Numbered from the stretch's first letter, positions 50,840 through 62,849 are shown. The stretch is DNA of 64,000 bases from Octopus bimaculoides (GCF_001194135.2 NC_068994.1:21326807-21390806); one strand, 5' to 3'. Program-made: numbers and translations. Notes: a model not told the origin generated them from the letters alone.

Positions 50840-50929
50840 CTTTAGGTGGAAAATAAGACTTGCTCTCAGCTTTGTGAGGCCAATCAACCACTAAAGGACC
50901 AAAGCGTCGGAATGCTGATGTAATCTCCT
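50840..50929 (-). CDS. CPEB2/3/4: CPEB2/3/4 coding exon, 90 nt, phase 1-1 (RRM1): (E)EITSAFRRFGPLVVDWPHKAESKSYFPPK(G)
   Basis: Read manually; absent from the ORF track. Acceptor ccttttgtttcag|AG, donor AAAG|gtaagc. Nearly identical to the conserved DEITASFRRFGPLVVDWPHKAESKSYFPPKG segment. Confidence 0.97.
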
Positions 50930-51394
50930 CTGAAACAAAAAGGAATTGGAGATCAAAATTAATTTCATCTTCAAATTAGCTGGTACTCTAAAAAGTAAGG
51001 TGAATTACAGACAGTGAATGGATAAAGGTGTTTGTTCATTGGTTATTGGTTTACAATTTGTAACTGAATCTGTGATCATATTTTCTTAATTCTGAAGTTT
51101 TAACATGAGAATGCTGGGTAACATGTTAAATAACCTGTTTTCATTTAAAGGTATTGTTTGGAACTGAATAGAAGCAATAAAGAATTTAAGCTGACAAACT
51201 GTGTTTGACTGATACTGGAAAGATACACATACTGAAAGCTAAAGTGTTTGTTACCCACAGGTTGGTTTGAACCCCTACATGTTGGTGAGCCTCCACTGAA
51301 AAGCCTTTTCCAGTACTCTGTGTAATCTGTGAGAAAGTGACGTCGGGAAGAGAGGAGTAATACATCAAAAGTTCCAATTCATACTAGTAAAAAA

Positions 51395-51740
51395 ATGAGC
51401 AGTACATGTTACTTTAAAAACTGGCACTCCAGTGGTTATGACAACAAAGGTTCCAGTTGATCTGATCAACAGAACAGCCTGTTCTTGAAATTAATGTGCA
51501 AGTGGCCGAGAACTCTACAGATACAGATACCCTTAACATAGTTCTCAGGGAAAATCAGCATGACACAGAGTGTGATAAGGCTGACCCTTTGAATTACAGG
51601 TACTACTCATTTTTGCCAGCTGAGTGGATTGGAGCAATATGAAATAAAGTGTCTTGCTCAAGGATACATGTTGCTGGGAATTGAACTCATGACCTTATGA
51701 TCATGAGCTGAATACCCTAACCACTAAGCCACATGACTTC
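51395..51740 (-). mobile_element. tRNA-derived SINE in a CPEB intron
   Basis: Minus-strand A box TGGCTTAGTGG, B box GAGTTCAATTCC; same central domain as 14784-15112. Confidence 0.85.
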
Positions 51741-51957
51741 AAGCCTTACAAAAATATATAGAATGTGTCTGAAGCTTAATTTTTTAAAATATCATTTTTA
51801 ATACAATACAATTGCATGTCAGTAACTACTTTGACTTCATTTAGGTGGATTTGTTACAAAATTTTTCATAAAAGATTTCTAAAAAATATTTTCATGGTTT
51901 CTTAAAGTGAATGGTGAAAATAAACTTTGGTATAATCAGTTATAATAAATGTTGAAC

Positions 51958-52140
51958 CTTCATCAATATCTGGGGGTAAACCTCCAACAAAGACTTTCCG
52001 TGAAAAACGCTCCAACCTCTCCTGAGCAGTTGGAGGATTGGGGGAACCACGGGCAGGAGAACTCAGACTGGGAACAGTTTGGTCCAGACTTGTATCGTCA
52101 AGTAGATGATTATCTTCATTGAAACCAAATGGGGACTTTC
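51958..52140 (-). CDS. CPEB2/3/4: CPEB2/3/4 (orb2-type) coding exon, 183 nt, phase 1-1: linker and start of RRM1, (G)KSPFGFNEDNHLLDDTSLDQTVPSLSSPARGSPNPPTAQERLERFSRKVFVGGLPPDIDE
   Basis: RFSRKVFVGGLPPDIDE is the CPEB2-4/Orb2 RRM1 RNP2 signature. Acceptor tttatttcag|GA; donor GAAG|gttcaa (weak). Phase matches the next exon. Confidence 0.95.
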
Positions 52141-52239
52141 CTGAAATAAAGAGAAATATTGTTTCAATTGCTAAACAAAAAAATGACATACAATAGTGAC
52201 AACAATTAACATATCAGATTGTAATAACATTATTTACAT

Positions 52240-52975
52240 CTTCCGGTCATTTCCTCAGTGAGGCCCAATATCTGAAGATCCTTTCTCACTACTTTGTCCC
52301 ACATCTTCTTGGGTCTACCCCCTCCACTGGTAACCTCTACAATTAGAGCTCAGCACTTCTTTAAACAGCTGTCATCATCCATACGCATCACATGACCAAA
52401 CCAGCAGTCTTCTCTCTTGTACACAACATCTGATGCCTCTTATACCCAGTTTTCCTCTTAAATCATTTACACTCTGTTGTGCATGCACACTGAAATTATC
52501 CATCCAGTGGAGCATGCTAGCTTCATTTCTTTCAAGCCTTCACAAGTCCTCTGTAGTCAAAGTCCATGTTTCACAGCTATGTAGCATGGCTATACATACA
52601 CAGGCATCATACATTATGCCTTTCCCTCTGAGGAAGAGGCCTTTAGCTACCAACAAAAGCAGAAGCTCTCTGAACTTTGTCCAGCCAGTTCTTATCCTAA
52701 CAACTACACTTTCAGAACTTCTTCCACCACTGCTAATTTGGTTTCCTTGGTAACAGAAGCTATCCACAACTTCCAATGATTCCTACCACCAGCATTTGAA
52801 GGAGCCAGTTGTCTGTGCCTTTTTTAGTGCTTATTGTACCTGCACATTTGCCACACACAAAGACTATATTCTCCATTAACCTTTCTTTGATAGCATTGCA
52901 CCTCTTATGTGTCCAAAGCTCGCACTGAGTAGAACGCATGGAGTTTCTCCCAACATCCTTCTTACATATCAAGCA
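52240..52975 (-). mobile_element. Decayed RTE RT C-terminal fragment
   Basis: EVVDSFCY-G-QISSGG...RIRTGWTKFREL...MLHSCETW...RWFGHVMRMDDDSC; includes the CxxC-rich insertion (CELWTHKRC...CGKCAG). Confidence 0.9.
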
Positions 52976-53632
52976 GGGTCATCTCCCAGAAGGGACTTGT
53001 GATTTTCGTTAACAATTTTAACTTTGAAGCTTACTTTGAAAATCCTTATTGGACTAATTAACTTCCATTAACTTAAGTCCATTAACCCAAAAATTTCATA
53101 AAAACCAGTGAACATTTAAAAGTTTTTATTGTTTACAAATTGTCTTAGCATATTCAATATTGTACGCATCATTCTTTCAACCCTGATATAATACCACTTA
53201 TTATTATAAATAACTTGTAGGACCTCGTTTGACCCTGCCTGGATTTGAAACCAAACCCACCCGCTTGTTGCTTGCAAAGACAGCAGGAAATTTCTTTGCC
53301 TGCCAAGAGGTAACAATGATTGATGTGTTTCCATTTGATCTGTGACCTCGCTGAGGTGGATTTCAACTGAGAAAATATTGACTTTCATAAAATGGAAAAA
53401 GTTAGTAAATATTTTGATGTGAATGCAAATATTTCGGTGTGAACACAAATAACTGTTATGTGGTAGCAGGGCATGCTAGAAATAACAGCCAAATCTTTCC
53501 CTTTCTGGAAAAAAGGAGCCATTTACATGTGATTTTGATGTCATATTTATTGAAAGCATGCAAAATAACCTGGAAAAGAAAAAAAGACCCGCGAAACAAA
53601 ACTCCCTTGGTGAGAAACTTCGAAGCGCCTAC

Positions 53633-53653
53633 CACCCCTCCCACCTTTCTTTT
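53633..53653 (-). CDS. CPEB2/3/4: Candidate 21-nt alternative microexon of CPEB2/3/4, phase 1-1, encoding (E)KKGGRG(G); alternative internal donor gives 9 nt (53645-53653)
   Basis: gccacttttttccag|AAAAGAAAGGTGGGAGGGGTG|gtaggc. Frame-preserving and same phase as the downstream exon; UGC 20 nt upstream, CTGAC branch-like site, UGCAUG 70 nt downstream. No transcript evidence. Confidence 0.5.
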
Positions 53654-55599
53654 CTGGAAAAAAGTGGCTTGCGGCAGGTTTGGAGGTCAGATACATTGAA
53701 TGCACCTGAAAAAACTGTGGAAAAAAATTATTCCACACCAAAGTACAAAATATTTACCGAAAGAATAAAATCTTGTACCGATTATACTTGTATGTTAATT
53801 AATTCAAATTAATGTACTTCATCATGAAAAGTGGCAAAATTTTTGTCAGTTGCATTCTGGTATAATTTTAGTAATAAAGCAAACAGGTAAGATGCATTAA
53901 GAATTTCAATTTTAGTGTTTATCCATAATGTTATTGCTTTTACGCCTGTTAGTTAAATTTACCTGCCCATAAAAGTCAAATTTACTCAGCAAGATCAGCT
54001 AAAATTACATAACTATAAACCAGTGGTATATAAAGCATCTACTGACAAAATTTCAAATCTGTATGTAAAAAATTTACAAAGTTACAAATAAATATTGTGG
54101 ACAACCCTCTTGAACCTGAATAATTCAAAATAATGTGAACAAATAAGCATTTCATTTGACAAATTAATAAGAACACTAAAGATGTTTTTAGGTGTTTTCT
54201 TTTTCTTACACACACACCTAACATGGCCTCGTTCAGGTGGGACTACACATGTGTTACTTTGACATCATCATTCCATAAAATTTGTTTATGGGGTGAAAAA
54301 TATTGAAAAATTATCAATAGATGTGTGAGTGAGAAGAAACAAGGAGGGGGGTTTGGGGATGTGCTAGAAACAACAACCAGATCTTCCTTAAATCACACAT
54401 TTTCCTCTGAAATTATCAACAATTTTTTTAAAACCGAAAATGTTTCTCTCACGTAGTGAAAAAAATAAAAATAAAAATGGCTGAAACCATTTCAGATTGA
54501 GGTGGTGAGAGGATGACAAGAGTAAAAAAAAATAAAACAAATCTTCAAAATTTTTTGGTTTTCTANNNNNNNNNNNNNNNNNNNNNNNNNNNNNNNNNNN
54601 NNNNNNNNNNNNNNNNNNNNNNNNNNNNNNNNNNNNNNNNNNNNNNNNNNNNNNNNNNNNNNNNNNNNNNNNNNNNNNNNNNNNNNNNNNNNNNNNNNNN
54701 NNNNNNNNNNNNNNNNNNNNNNNNNNNNNNNNNNNNNNNNNNNNNNNNNNNNNNNNNNNNNNNNNNNNNNNNNNNNNNNNNNNNNNNNNNNNNNNNNNNN
54801 NNNNNNNNNNNNNNNNNNNNNNNNNNNNNNNNNNNNNNNNNNNNNNNNNNNNNNNNNNNNNNNNNNNNNNNNNNNNNNNNNNNNNNNNNNNNNNNNNNNN
54901 NNNNNNNNNNNNNNNNNNNNNNNNNNNNNNNNNNNNNNNNNNNNNNNNNNNNNNNNNNNNNNNNNNNNNNNNNNNNNNNNNNNNNNNNNNNNNNNNNNNN
55001 NNNNNNNNNNNNNNNNNNNNNNNNNNNNNNNNNNNNNNNNNNNNNNNNNNNNNNNNNNNNNNNNNNNNNNNNNNNNNNNNNNNNNNNNNNNNNNNNNNNN
55101 NNNNNNNNNNNNNNNNNNNNNNNNNNNNNNNNNNNNNNNNNNNNNNNNNNNNNNNNNNNNNNNNNNNNNNNNNNNNNNNNNNNNNNNNNNNNNNNNNNNN
55201 NNNNNNNNNNNNNNNNNNNNNNNNNNNNNNNNNNNNNNNNNNNNNNNNNNNNATATATATATATATATATATATATACTTTATTAAAAAGCAGCAAAAAT
55301 ATCACAAAAATTGTTACTCAGAGTTTCACATTCCTGTTTGTCAGACAGTTTTTTTCATTCATTCATTCATTCATTCATTCATTCAGACAGACAGAGAGAG
55401 AGAGAGACAGAGAGTAATAGAGAACAGAAAAGAGAGCTTAGAAGAAAAGAGCAAAATTGATTTAGTTTTAGGAATAAAGGAGAGAGCCAATGGAAATATA
55501 TGCAGAACAAGAAAAATATAAAGAAGAAAAGAAGGATGGACGGTGCACAGGTGAAGGAGTCAACCCTTAAGGGTGAAATATGTGGTAGAATTAAATATC

Positions 55600-56890
55600 A
55601 AAGGAGTATCATCATCAAGATCCCTTAACTGATGCAGACAGTTGTTGGGGTACCACTCTAGACATTTTCATAGCCAGCCATTACCATTGATCTTTGTCAT
55701 GCATAGCAGGTTCACTGTGGGAATTCAGTTCTCACACTCATACAGAAGGATTGAAGTCATCAGGGTCTTGTTGAAAAACTAATGGAATTGCTTTTCCATA
55801 TGTTGTTCAGCTTTATCATGGCAGCAGAAGCTAAACTGAGTTTTGTTGTTATCTGCTTTTGAGAGCTGTCATCCTTGGTCAAAGTGGATCCTAGCTACTT
55901 GAAGGTAATCCACTTTATCAAGTCTCTCACCATTTAGCATGATGTTGGTTGCTGTGTTTTGGCTGTTACTATTAACCAGGATTTTGCTCTTTTCTGGGTT
56001 GATCTCTTTCATACCCTCCAGTAGCTTTTTCCAGTCTGGTGGTAAGCTCTTGCAGTTATGATTCACTGCTTCCAAAGAGGTCAATATCATCAGCAAAGTG
56101 CATGTTGGAACTAGGCCATCCTCCAATGGAAATAGATTGGTGGAGGACTTTAAGTGTCTCCTGCATAATGTCTCCAGGAAGATGTTGAAAAGCACTGGAG
56201 AAAGGATACATCCCTGTTTAACACCAACTGTTGTCCTGAAGAATTCTCTGATGCTGTTGTTCAGGAGAACTGCACTGCATGAGTTACTTTTCATACAGTG
56301 TTTGGATTACTTCAATGAGGTTGTTGTCAAAGTTGTGATTCTTCATCACCTACCACAACCCATCATGCCAAACATGGTCAAATGCCTTTTTGAAGTCAAA
56401 GCTGTGACAGAGGTCAGACTTGTGTTGTAGATGTTTCTCAGTGAGCAGGCTAATGTAAACTATCTGCTCCACAGTACTCCTTTGGGACCTAAATCATTCC
56501 TGTTCATCTTCAAGGATTTTTCTACCTTCCCCTTAAGTCTGTTTAGCAGAATGCTTAGCAATACTTTGCTGGGGTAACTAATGAGGCTGATTGTTCGCAA
56601 ATCCTGGCAGAATCTTTAATTGTCTTCCTTGGAAATGGGCATCATCAGTGATTGGGTCCACTCATTGGCCACTGCTTTGTCTCCCATATCTTCTAACAGG
56701 TATCTGTTAGTACCTTGATAAGCTTTGGCCCTTCATGTTTTAGGAACTCTGATGGGATGTTATCCACTCCTGGGGATTTTCCAACTTTGAGCATGTGCAC
56801 TGCTTCTTCAACTTCCTCTTGGAGAATTGGAGTATCTCCAAGTTCCCTGCTGTTGTTATTGTTGGAATTGTCTAGGATGTTCCTGTCATG
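55600..56890 (-). mobile_element. Decayed RTE-like LINE RT region
   Basis: EEVEEAVHMLKVGKSPGVDNIPSEFLK; FFRTTVGVKQGCILSPVLFNIFLE; frameshifts and stops. Confidence 0.9.
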
Positions 56891-57719
56891 TTTGAGTTTG
56901 TGATTGATCAAAGGAGCATAAAAGTAATAAAGAAAAAGATTAGAATTAATAGAAGAGCTGATCAGTTCCCTGCTGAATATGCATGAATGGCACATTGCAA
57001 TGATGTTGGAAGTCATCCATGTGTGCAAAAGAGTAACAACTTAAGTAGAGCATTAAGAGATGGATGGTAGCTGAAGTCAATCTAGTTGGGGTGAGGTTAA
57101 GATAGCAGCAGAAATAAATATATAACTAATTAACAAACTTATAACCACTAAATCTAAAGGACATAACCATATTTAGCTATAATGTTTGATGATTGAAAAT
57201 GCTAAGGGAAAGAAATATGTAGATATATAAACTCAGGTATGGTAAAAATGAAATGGTTTAAAGAAGTGAAACTGGCAAAAAGTGAATGCTTCCTTTTGGT
57301 GATCCGGAAGACAATGGGAACTTCCTCTTAAAATCTTGATAGATTCTTTGTTACACAGATCATATGGAGTTTGGCAACCTTGATATGGCCTTCTCATATC
57401 GATAATAGACCAGGAAATATTGTTAGGTATGTAACTGATCTTAACATGGTGTAAACGAAGTGGAAGTTTTGCGCTTTGCAGATGTAAATGAACTAGGATG
57501 GGATAAAAATTGCCTATTAAAGTCTACAGAAGAACCTATATAAATTTTAGTAGAATTCTGTTGTGTATAACATTTGATACATTTATATACTATGTTATAC
57601 CTCAAGCAATAACATTTAAGGTGGATTTATCAGGTATTTTGCATTTATTTTTATCTCATATTAAACAATTGTCATTAGTCCCATTATTGTTATAATTAGT
57701 ATCAGTAGTAATACCAGTA

Positions 57720-58105
57720 TCTTTTATCTTTTATTCATTTCAATCATTAGACTGCAGCCATACTGGAGTAACTGCCCTGAAGAATTATTAGTTGAATGAA
57801 TTGACCCTAGTACTTTTATTATTTTTAAACCTGGTTCTTATTCTGTTGGTCTCTTTTGTCAAACTGTTAAGTTACAGAAAAATAAACAAACCAACACCAG
57901 TTCGCAAGTGGTGGTGGAGGTAAACACAGACACAAAGACACACACATATATGACAGGCTTCTTTTAGTTTCCATCAACCAAATCCACCCACAAGGCTTTG
58001 GTCAACCCAAGGCTATCGTAAAAGATATTTGTACAAGGTGCCACACAGTGTGACTGAACCTGGATCCATGTGGTTGGGAAGCAAACTTCTTACCACACAG
58101 CTATG
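57720..58105 (-). mobile_element. Full-length tRNA-derived SINE (family of 47975-48925)
   Basis: Head gctgtgtggtaagaagtttgcttcccaaccacatggatccaggttcagtc; tail with (AAAGAT) repeats. Confidence 0.85.
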
Positions 58106-58479
58106 CCTGTGCCTATATATATATTCTGTGTGGATGAAGATTAGCCCCCAATATGCTGCTATTTGTGTTATGACTACTGGAACTACCATTATTATTAACA
58201 TGACTATAGCCATCATTACAATCAAAAAGAATGAATGCATTAATATCTCCCTTTTCATTGCTAGAATTAATATAACTAAGGTAGTTGCTACTTTTAATAC
58301 TATCTCTAATATAAGCACCAACAGGAGTAGTAAACAAATGCATAGAAAATAGACTTCCTCAAACATCCAAAGTGATCCTTAGAGGTAGTAGATAGTTTCA
58401 GTTATGTAGGTAACCAAATCAGCAACAGTTGCTCTGAAAGTGTAGTTGCTAACTGGGCAAAGTTCAGAGAGCTATTATT

Positions 58480-58830
58480 TTTGTTAGTAACAAAAGGCCT
58501 CTCTCTCTCAGAGTGAAAGGCAGATTGTATGATACCTGTGTACAGACAATTATACTACATGACAGTGAAACAGGCTGTGACTGTAGAGGACATGTGAAAG
58601 CTTGAAAGAAAAATGAAGCCAGCATACTTTGCTGGATGTTTTAAGGGAAAAATTTGGGATAAGAAGCATCAGATGTAGTGTGCAAGAGAGAAAACTGCAC
58701 TGGTATAATCATGTGATACATACAGATGAGGAGAGCTGCATAAATAAATGCTGATCTCTAAATTTGGCAGGGAAGAGAGGAAGAGGATGATCCAGGGAGT
58801 TATGGGATGAAGTGGTGAGAAATGATCTTC
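58480..58830 (+). mobile_element. RTE RT C-terminal fragment
   Basis: ctctctctcagagtgaaaggcagattgtatgat...ctgcactggtataatcatgtg, homologous to 61120-61450. Confidence 0.75.
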
Positions 58831-58859
58831 AGATGTTAAACCTCACAGAAGAAACAACA

Positions 58860-59240
58860 AAGGACCAAGACAATTGCCAATTTGCTGAGCTTGAGGAGAC
58901 TCACCCAGCTAAGTAAAATTGAGGCCATAAAAACATATCCTTTATCTCCATATCCCCATCCCACATACAATCTGTCCCTTAACAAATCTCCCCCCGCTGC
59001 AAAGCAACAACCCTCCTCCACCTATGTTTACCACCCATTGTATTCCCTTCCACTCTCCCTCATGAACCTACCTGCACACAATATGTTCCTGTTGAATCTC
59101 TTCCCCACAACATATACTCCTAACACCCTTGCAAGACTCCTTTTATCTGTCCTTGAATACTACTCTCCCACTCAGTTGAGTGGTCTTGTCCTTGGTGACC
59201 TAAACCGTGCCAAAGTAGACAGCAGAATTTGGTGCAGTCT
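58860..59240 (+). mobile_element. Possible L1/Tx1-like endonuclease remnant
   Basis: FLLNLFPTTYTPNTL...SVLEYY...LVLGDLNRAKVD resembles the APE LxNxYxP...LGDFN motifs. Confidence 0.45.
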
Positions 59241-59299
59241 TCTCACAAGCCAGCATGGAAAACAAATATTAAATGAAAATGCGTGCGCGTGCATGCGTG

Positions 59300-59410
59300 T
59301 ATATTAGGCTAGGACAACCCAAGTGTGGATGCGTGCCAATTTCATGGTCATGTTCTCCCAGACACATAGCCTCCTCGCTCACAAGATCTCAATCAACACT
59401 CACATAACAC
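59300..59410 (+). mobile_element. Tc1/mariner transposase remnant
   Basis: tagcctcctcgctcacaagatctcaatc reads *PPRSQDLN, a decayed WPPRSPDLNP motif. Confidence 0.5.
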
Positions 59411-59719
59411 TACACAATCTCTCAAGTCTGCCATAACCAGCACTATATCCTAAATTGATAAAGATCATCTGATTCAGGCATTTCAATGCTTTTGATCTTG
59501 TATTGAAGTAGCCATTGATGCTAATGGTGGATTCATTGAATAGGTGTGATAAAAGGATTCTCAAAATTATTTGCACCAATTTATTTTCAAAGCTTTTCTT
59601 TGATGAGCTATGCATCTTTTTTTAAATTCATACAAATGACCTCAAAAAAAAAAAAAAACTATGAAGAATGCACTACCCAACATAAGTTAATAGTTAATGA
59701 CTTCTGATTTAGAACTAGA

Positions 59720-61560
59720 AGGACAAACCAATCTGGAAAAGGAAGATTGGAAGCTTAAGAATCCTTCAAACAGAGATTTAAAGACATACTAATTGAAACA
59801 TTTGATGAAAAGGAGGAGATAGAGATGTATAACACAGAGGACAACTGGAAATTTTTTGGGGACAACCTACTGAAGGTTTCAAATATGTGGCTGGTGCAAA
59901 CTTCCAGCCAGATGAAGGGTGATCTGGTGGTGGAACAGGGAAGCAGATTGAGTCATAAAGCAAAAAGGTAATGTATAGGCGGTCTGGAAGAATGGAAGCA
60001 GCAGAGAACTATATCAAGCACCTAGAAGAGAAGCAAGGAGACAGGTCTGTTTAGCAAAAGGAGAAGCAGAATAGAAGGAGTTTGCCACTGTTCTATGGCA
60101 TGAGAACCAAAGGCATGAGGTACTTCAGATTGCAAGGTAGTGTATCAGAGAAAAATTAAGATGTGGAAGAGAAGTGTGTACAAAAGGGTAATGGCATTCT
60201 TGCATTTAGTGATTCTAGAAAGAAAGAGGCATGAAAATGCTATTATGAAAAGCTACCAAATGTGGAGAATAACTGGGAGAAAGAGTTTTCCTAATATTAA
60301 CTTGACAAAACCTCCAGCCCCTGGTCCATTAGGAATTACTGCTGAGATGCAATTTCTGGTAGAGTAAATCAGGTTTTACAGTAAGGTGTACCCAACAACT
60401 GTTACAAGGATAAAGGTGATGCCTCAGAGAGAAGTAATTACAGAGACATCAAACTAACAAGACCAGGTTATGGAAGTTACTGAAAGAATCATAGCTCATT
60501 TAATTAGGAAGACAGTTAACCTAGATGCGATGCAGTTTGGTTTTGTGCCAGGAATATGTACTACTGATTCTCTCTTTGGCAGCTGCAAAAGTATTTAGCA
60601 AAAAGTAAACCACTCTACTTGGCTCTGTGATCTAGTGGTCATTGAAGGACAGAAAAATGGCTCCCGAGAATTCAAAAAGCCATGTACAGAAATGCTGTCA
60701 GTAAGGCAAGATTTAACAATGAGTACAGCAATGAATTTAGTGTGTAGGTAGGAGTTCACCAGGGATCAGTTATCAGTCCCTTCCTATTTATCATAGTCCT
60801 TTGGGTCATAACAAGGAAATTTAAGATTGGTTGCCCATAGGAACTTCTCTATGCAGATGAGCTTGTCCTTATAGCTGAAACTATTGTGGAATCAGAAAGG
60901 AAATTGTAGGTGTGGAAACAAAACCAGGAACCAAAGTGCCTTAAAGTTAACTTAAGATCACAAGGGAAAGATTTTCTGGAATGCCCAAGAGGCTCCCAAG
61001 AGGTTGTAGATAACTTTTGTTACTTAAGTGACCTAATTAGCAAAGAAGGAAGATGTTCTGAAAGCAAATAAGAACTGGTTGTAGAAAGTTCAGACAACTA
61101 TCACCTCTGTTGGCAACAAGAGGTCTCTCTCTCAGAGTGAATGGCAGATTGTATTATGACTGTACAAACAGCAATACTACATGGTTCTGAAACTTGGGCT
61201 GTGAATGCAAAGTGAATGTGAAGCCTAAAAAGAAATGAAGTTAGTATGCTCCAATGGATGTGCAATGTCAGTGTGCACAACAAAGTACAAATGTGCTAAG
61301 AAAAAAATTGGGCTTGAGAGGCATCAGATATAATGCATAGGAGAGAAGACTGTGTTGGTATGGTCATGTGATGTACATGGATGAGGACAGCTGTATAAAG
61401 AAATGAGAAAGAAACCTGTGGTTTAGGAAGACCCAAGAGGATGTGGGATGATGAGGTGAAGATTGACCTCAAGATGTTGAGCCTTTGAGAAGAGATGATG
61501 TGGGAAGCAAGATCTATGGCAATATGATGTGCTTGCGAAGACCTGTCCATTTCAGCAAAA
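59720..61560 (+). mobile_element. Long decayed RTE LINE (RT region to C-terminus), with tail remnant to ~61900
   Basis: Motifs KKPPAPGPLGITAEM, NYRDIKL, MQFGFVPG, GVHQGSVISPFLF, LLYADEL, ETW, GRPKRMWD; many stops. Confidence 0.9.
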
Positions 61561-61947
61561 ATGAGGTTCTGCATAGCATTCTCCCAACATTGTTTCCTGT
61601 TACTTCCTCCATCCTGACCCACTTCTATTCCCTTTCTTCATTTCCCTCTCCCCACAAACAAAAATCTATCTCATTTTCTCATATTCACTTTGTGCTTTGA
61701 CCTCACACCTCTCTACAGATATGCAAGCCATATACTCACTCTTGCAGGTACTTAGTGACTTCACCAGTGCCAGGAAAGAAATACCCAATATATTATGGGC
61801 AGTGGTTGACATTAGAAAGGGCTGCACAACCCTCTAGTTTGTCTGTTTCTGCCAAACTGCCCAACTCATGCCAGCATAGAGAAAACAGATGATAAATAAT
61901 GATGACACATACAGCAACATCGTTTCTTCTCATTAACCACCCACTTT

Positions 61948-61968
61948 TGAGAGAGAGAGAGAGAGAGG

Positions 61969-62000
<32 letters not shown>
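61948..62000. repeat. (AG)n microsatellite
   Basis: Direct reading. Confidence 0.95.
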
Positions 62001-62009
<9 letters not shown>

Positions 62010-62849
62010 TCATCAGTACATGCTGAGGAAAAGGAGACCAGTTGAGATCACAGTCAGACAATAGTCGGGAGATTTTCATGCAAGACATAGCAGAAGTTTT
62101 GCTGATGTCAAGTGCTGGAAGGCAGGCCTAAATCTGTTTGTCTGGCTTAACCCTGCCACCTTGCAACTGAGCACATTTAGTGGAGAACATATAGTTGCAA
62201 GCATTTAAGTCAGGTCTCTGGTCTGAGAGTAACATCATCCCTCATCTGACATGGCAGAGAAAAATCTTTGGTAAACCAGTCTAAGGACCCCATATATATA
62301 GGCTTACTAAGAAGGAAAAGGAAATTCATGGTAGTGAATGCAGGAATTATCAACATGCAGGGAGAAATGCAAAAAGTAAAAGTGGAAGAACTAGAGATAT
62401 AAAAATTGTACAAGAAAAAAGAGAAATAATATATTTGGATGTAAAATACTTTCAGGGAACAATTGTTAAAAAATAAAGCAATACATTGATGATCTTATTA
62501 CTAGTATAGATAAAATAAAGAGGACTGACTGAAAATTTAGTATGGTATAAAGTCAAAGTATCCACATTACAAATTAAAGAAAATTATCTTGGGTTGAAAG
62601 AGAGAGGTGGAGAGTGAGAAAAAATATCAATAGTTAGCCTTTAAAATACATAAAAAGACAAGAGAACAATATGAAGATTGTGGCATTTGTAACTGGATGC
62701 TTGAATAGAAGAATGACTTAAGTTGAAAGACAGGTGACTTAATTAAAAGTGAAGTGTTCAAAAAGGTACTTTTTGTAACTGTTCAAACAGATCATTCCAA
62801 GGTGCTAACAAACTCTTGGTAGTTTTGCATTCTCTGGCCCACTGTGAAA

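Noticed and set aside
53489-53506. Second 18-nt microexon candidate after the duplicated acceptor
   Set aside because: The donor GTTATT is poor, and joining to the 52140 exon creates TGA.
887-55305. Long ORFs in the supplied track made of X runs or YI/CV/HT repeats
   Set aside because: They are artefacts of N gaps (e.g. 916-1813, 22389-22882, 37937-38681, 54566-55252) and of (TA)n/(TG)n microsatellites.
59369-59381. AGCCTCCTCGCT matches the P3/L3 of the HDV genomic ribozyme, tempting because mammalian CPEB3 hosts an HDV-like ribozyme
   Set aside because: The P3' strand (GGC) is absent, it is antisense to CPEB, and the context is a decayed Tc1/mariner WPPRSPDLNP motif. No CPEB3/HDV-like fold was seen elsewhere by eye; an Infernal search would be needed to exclude one.
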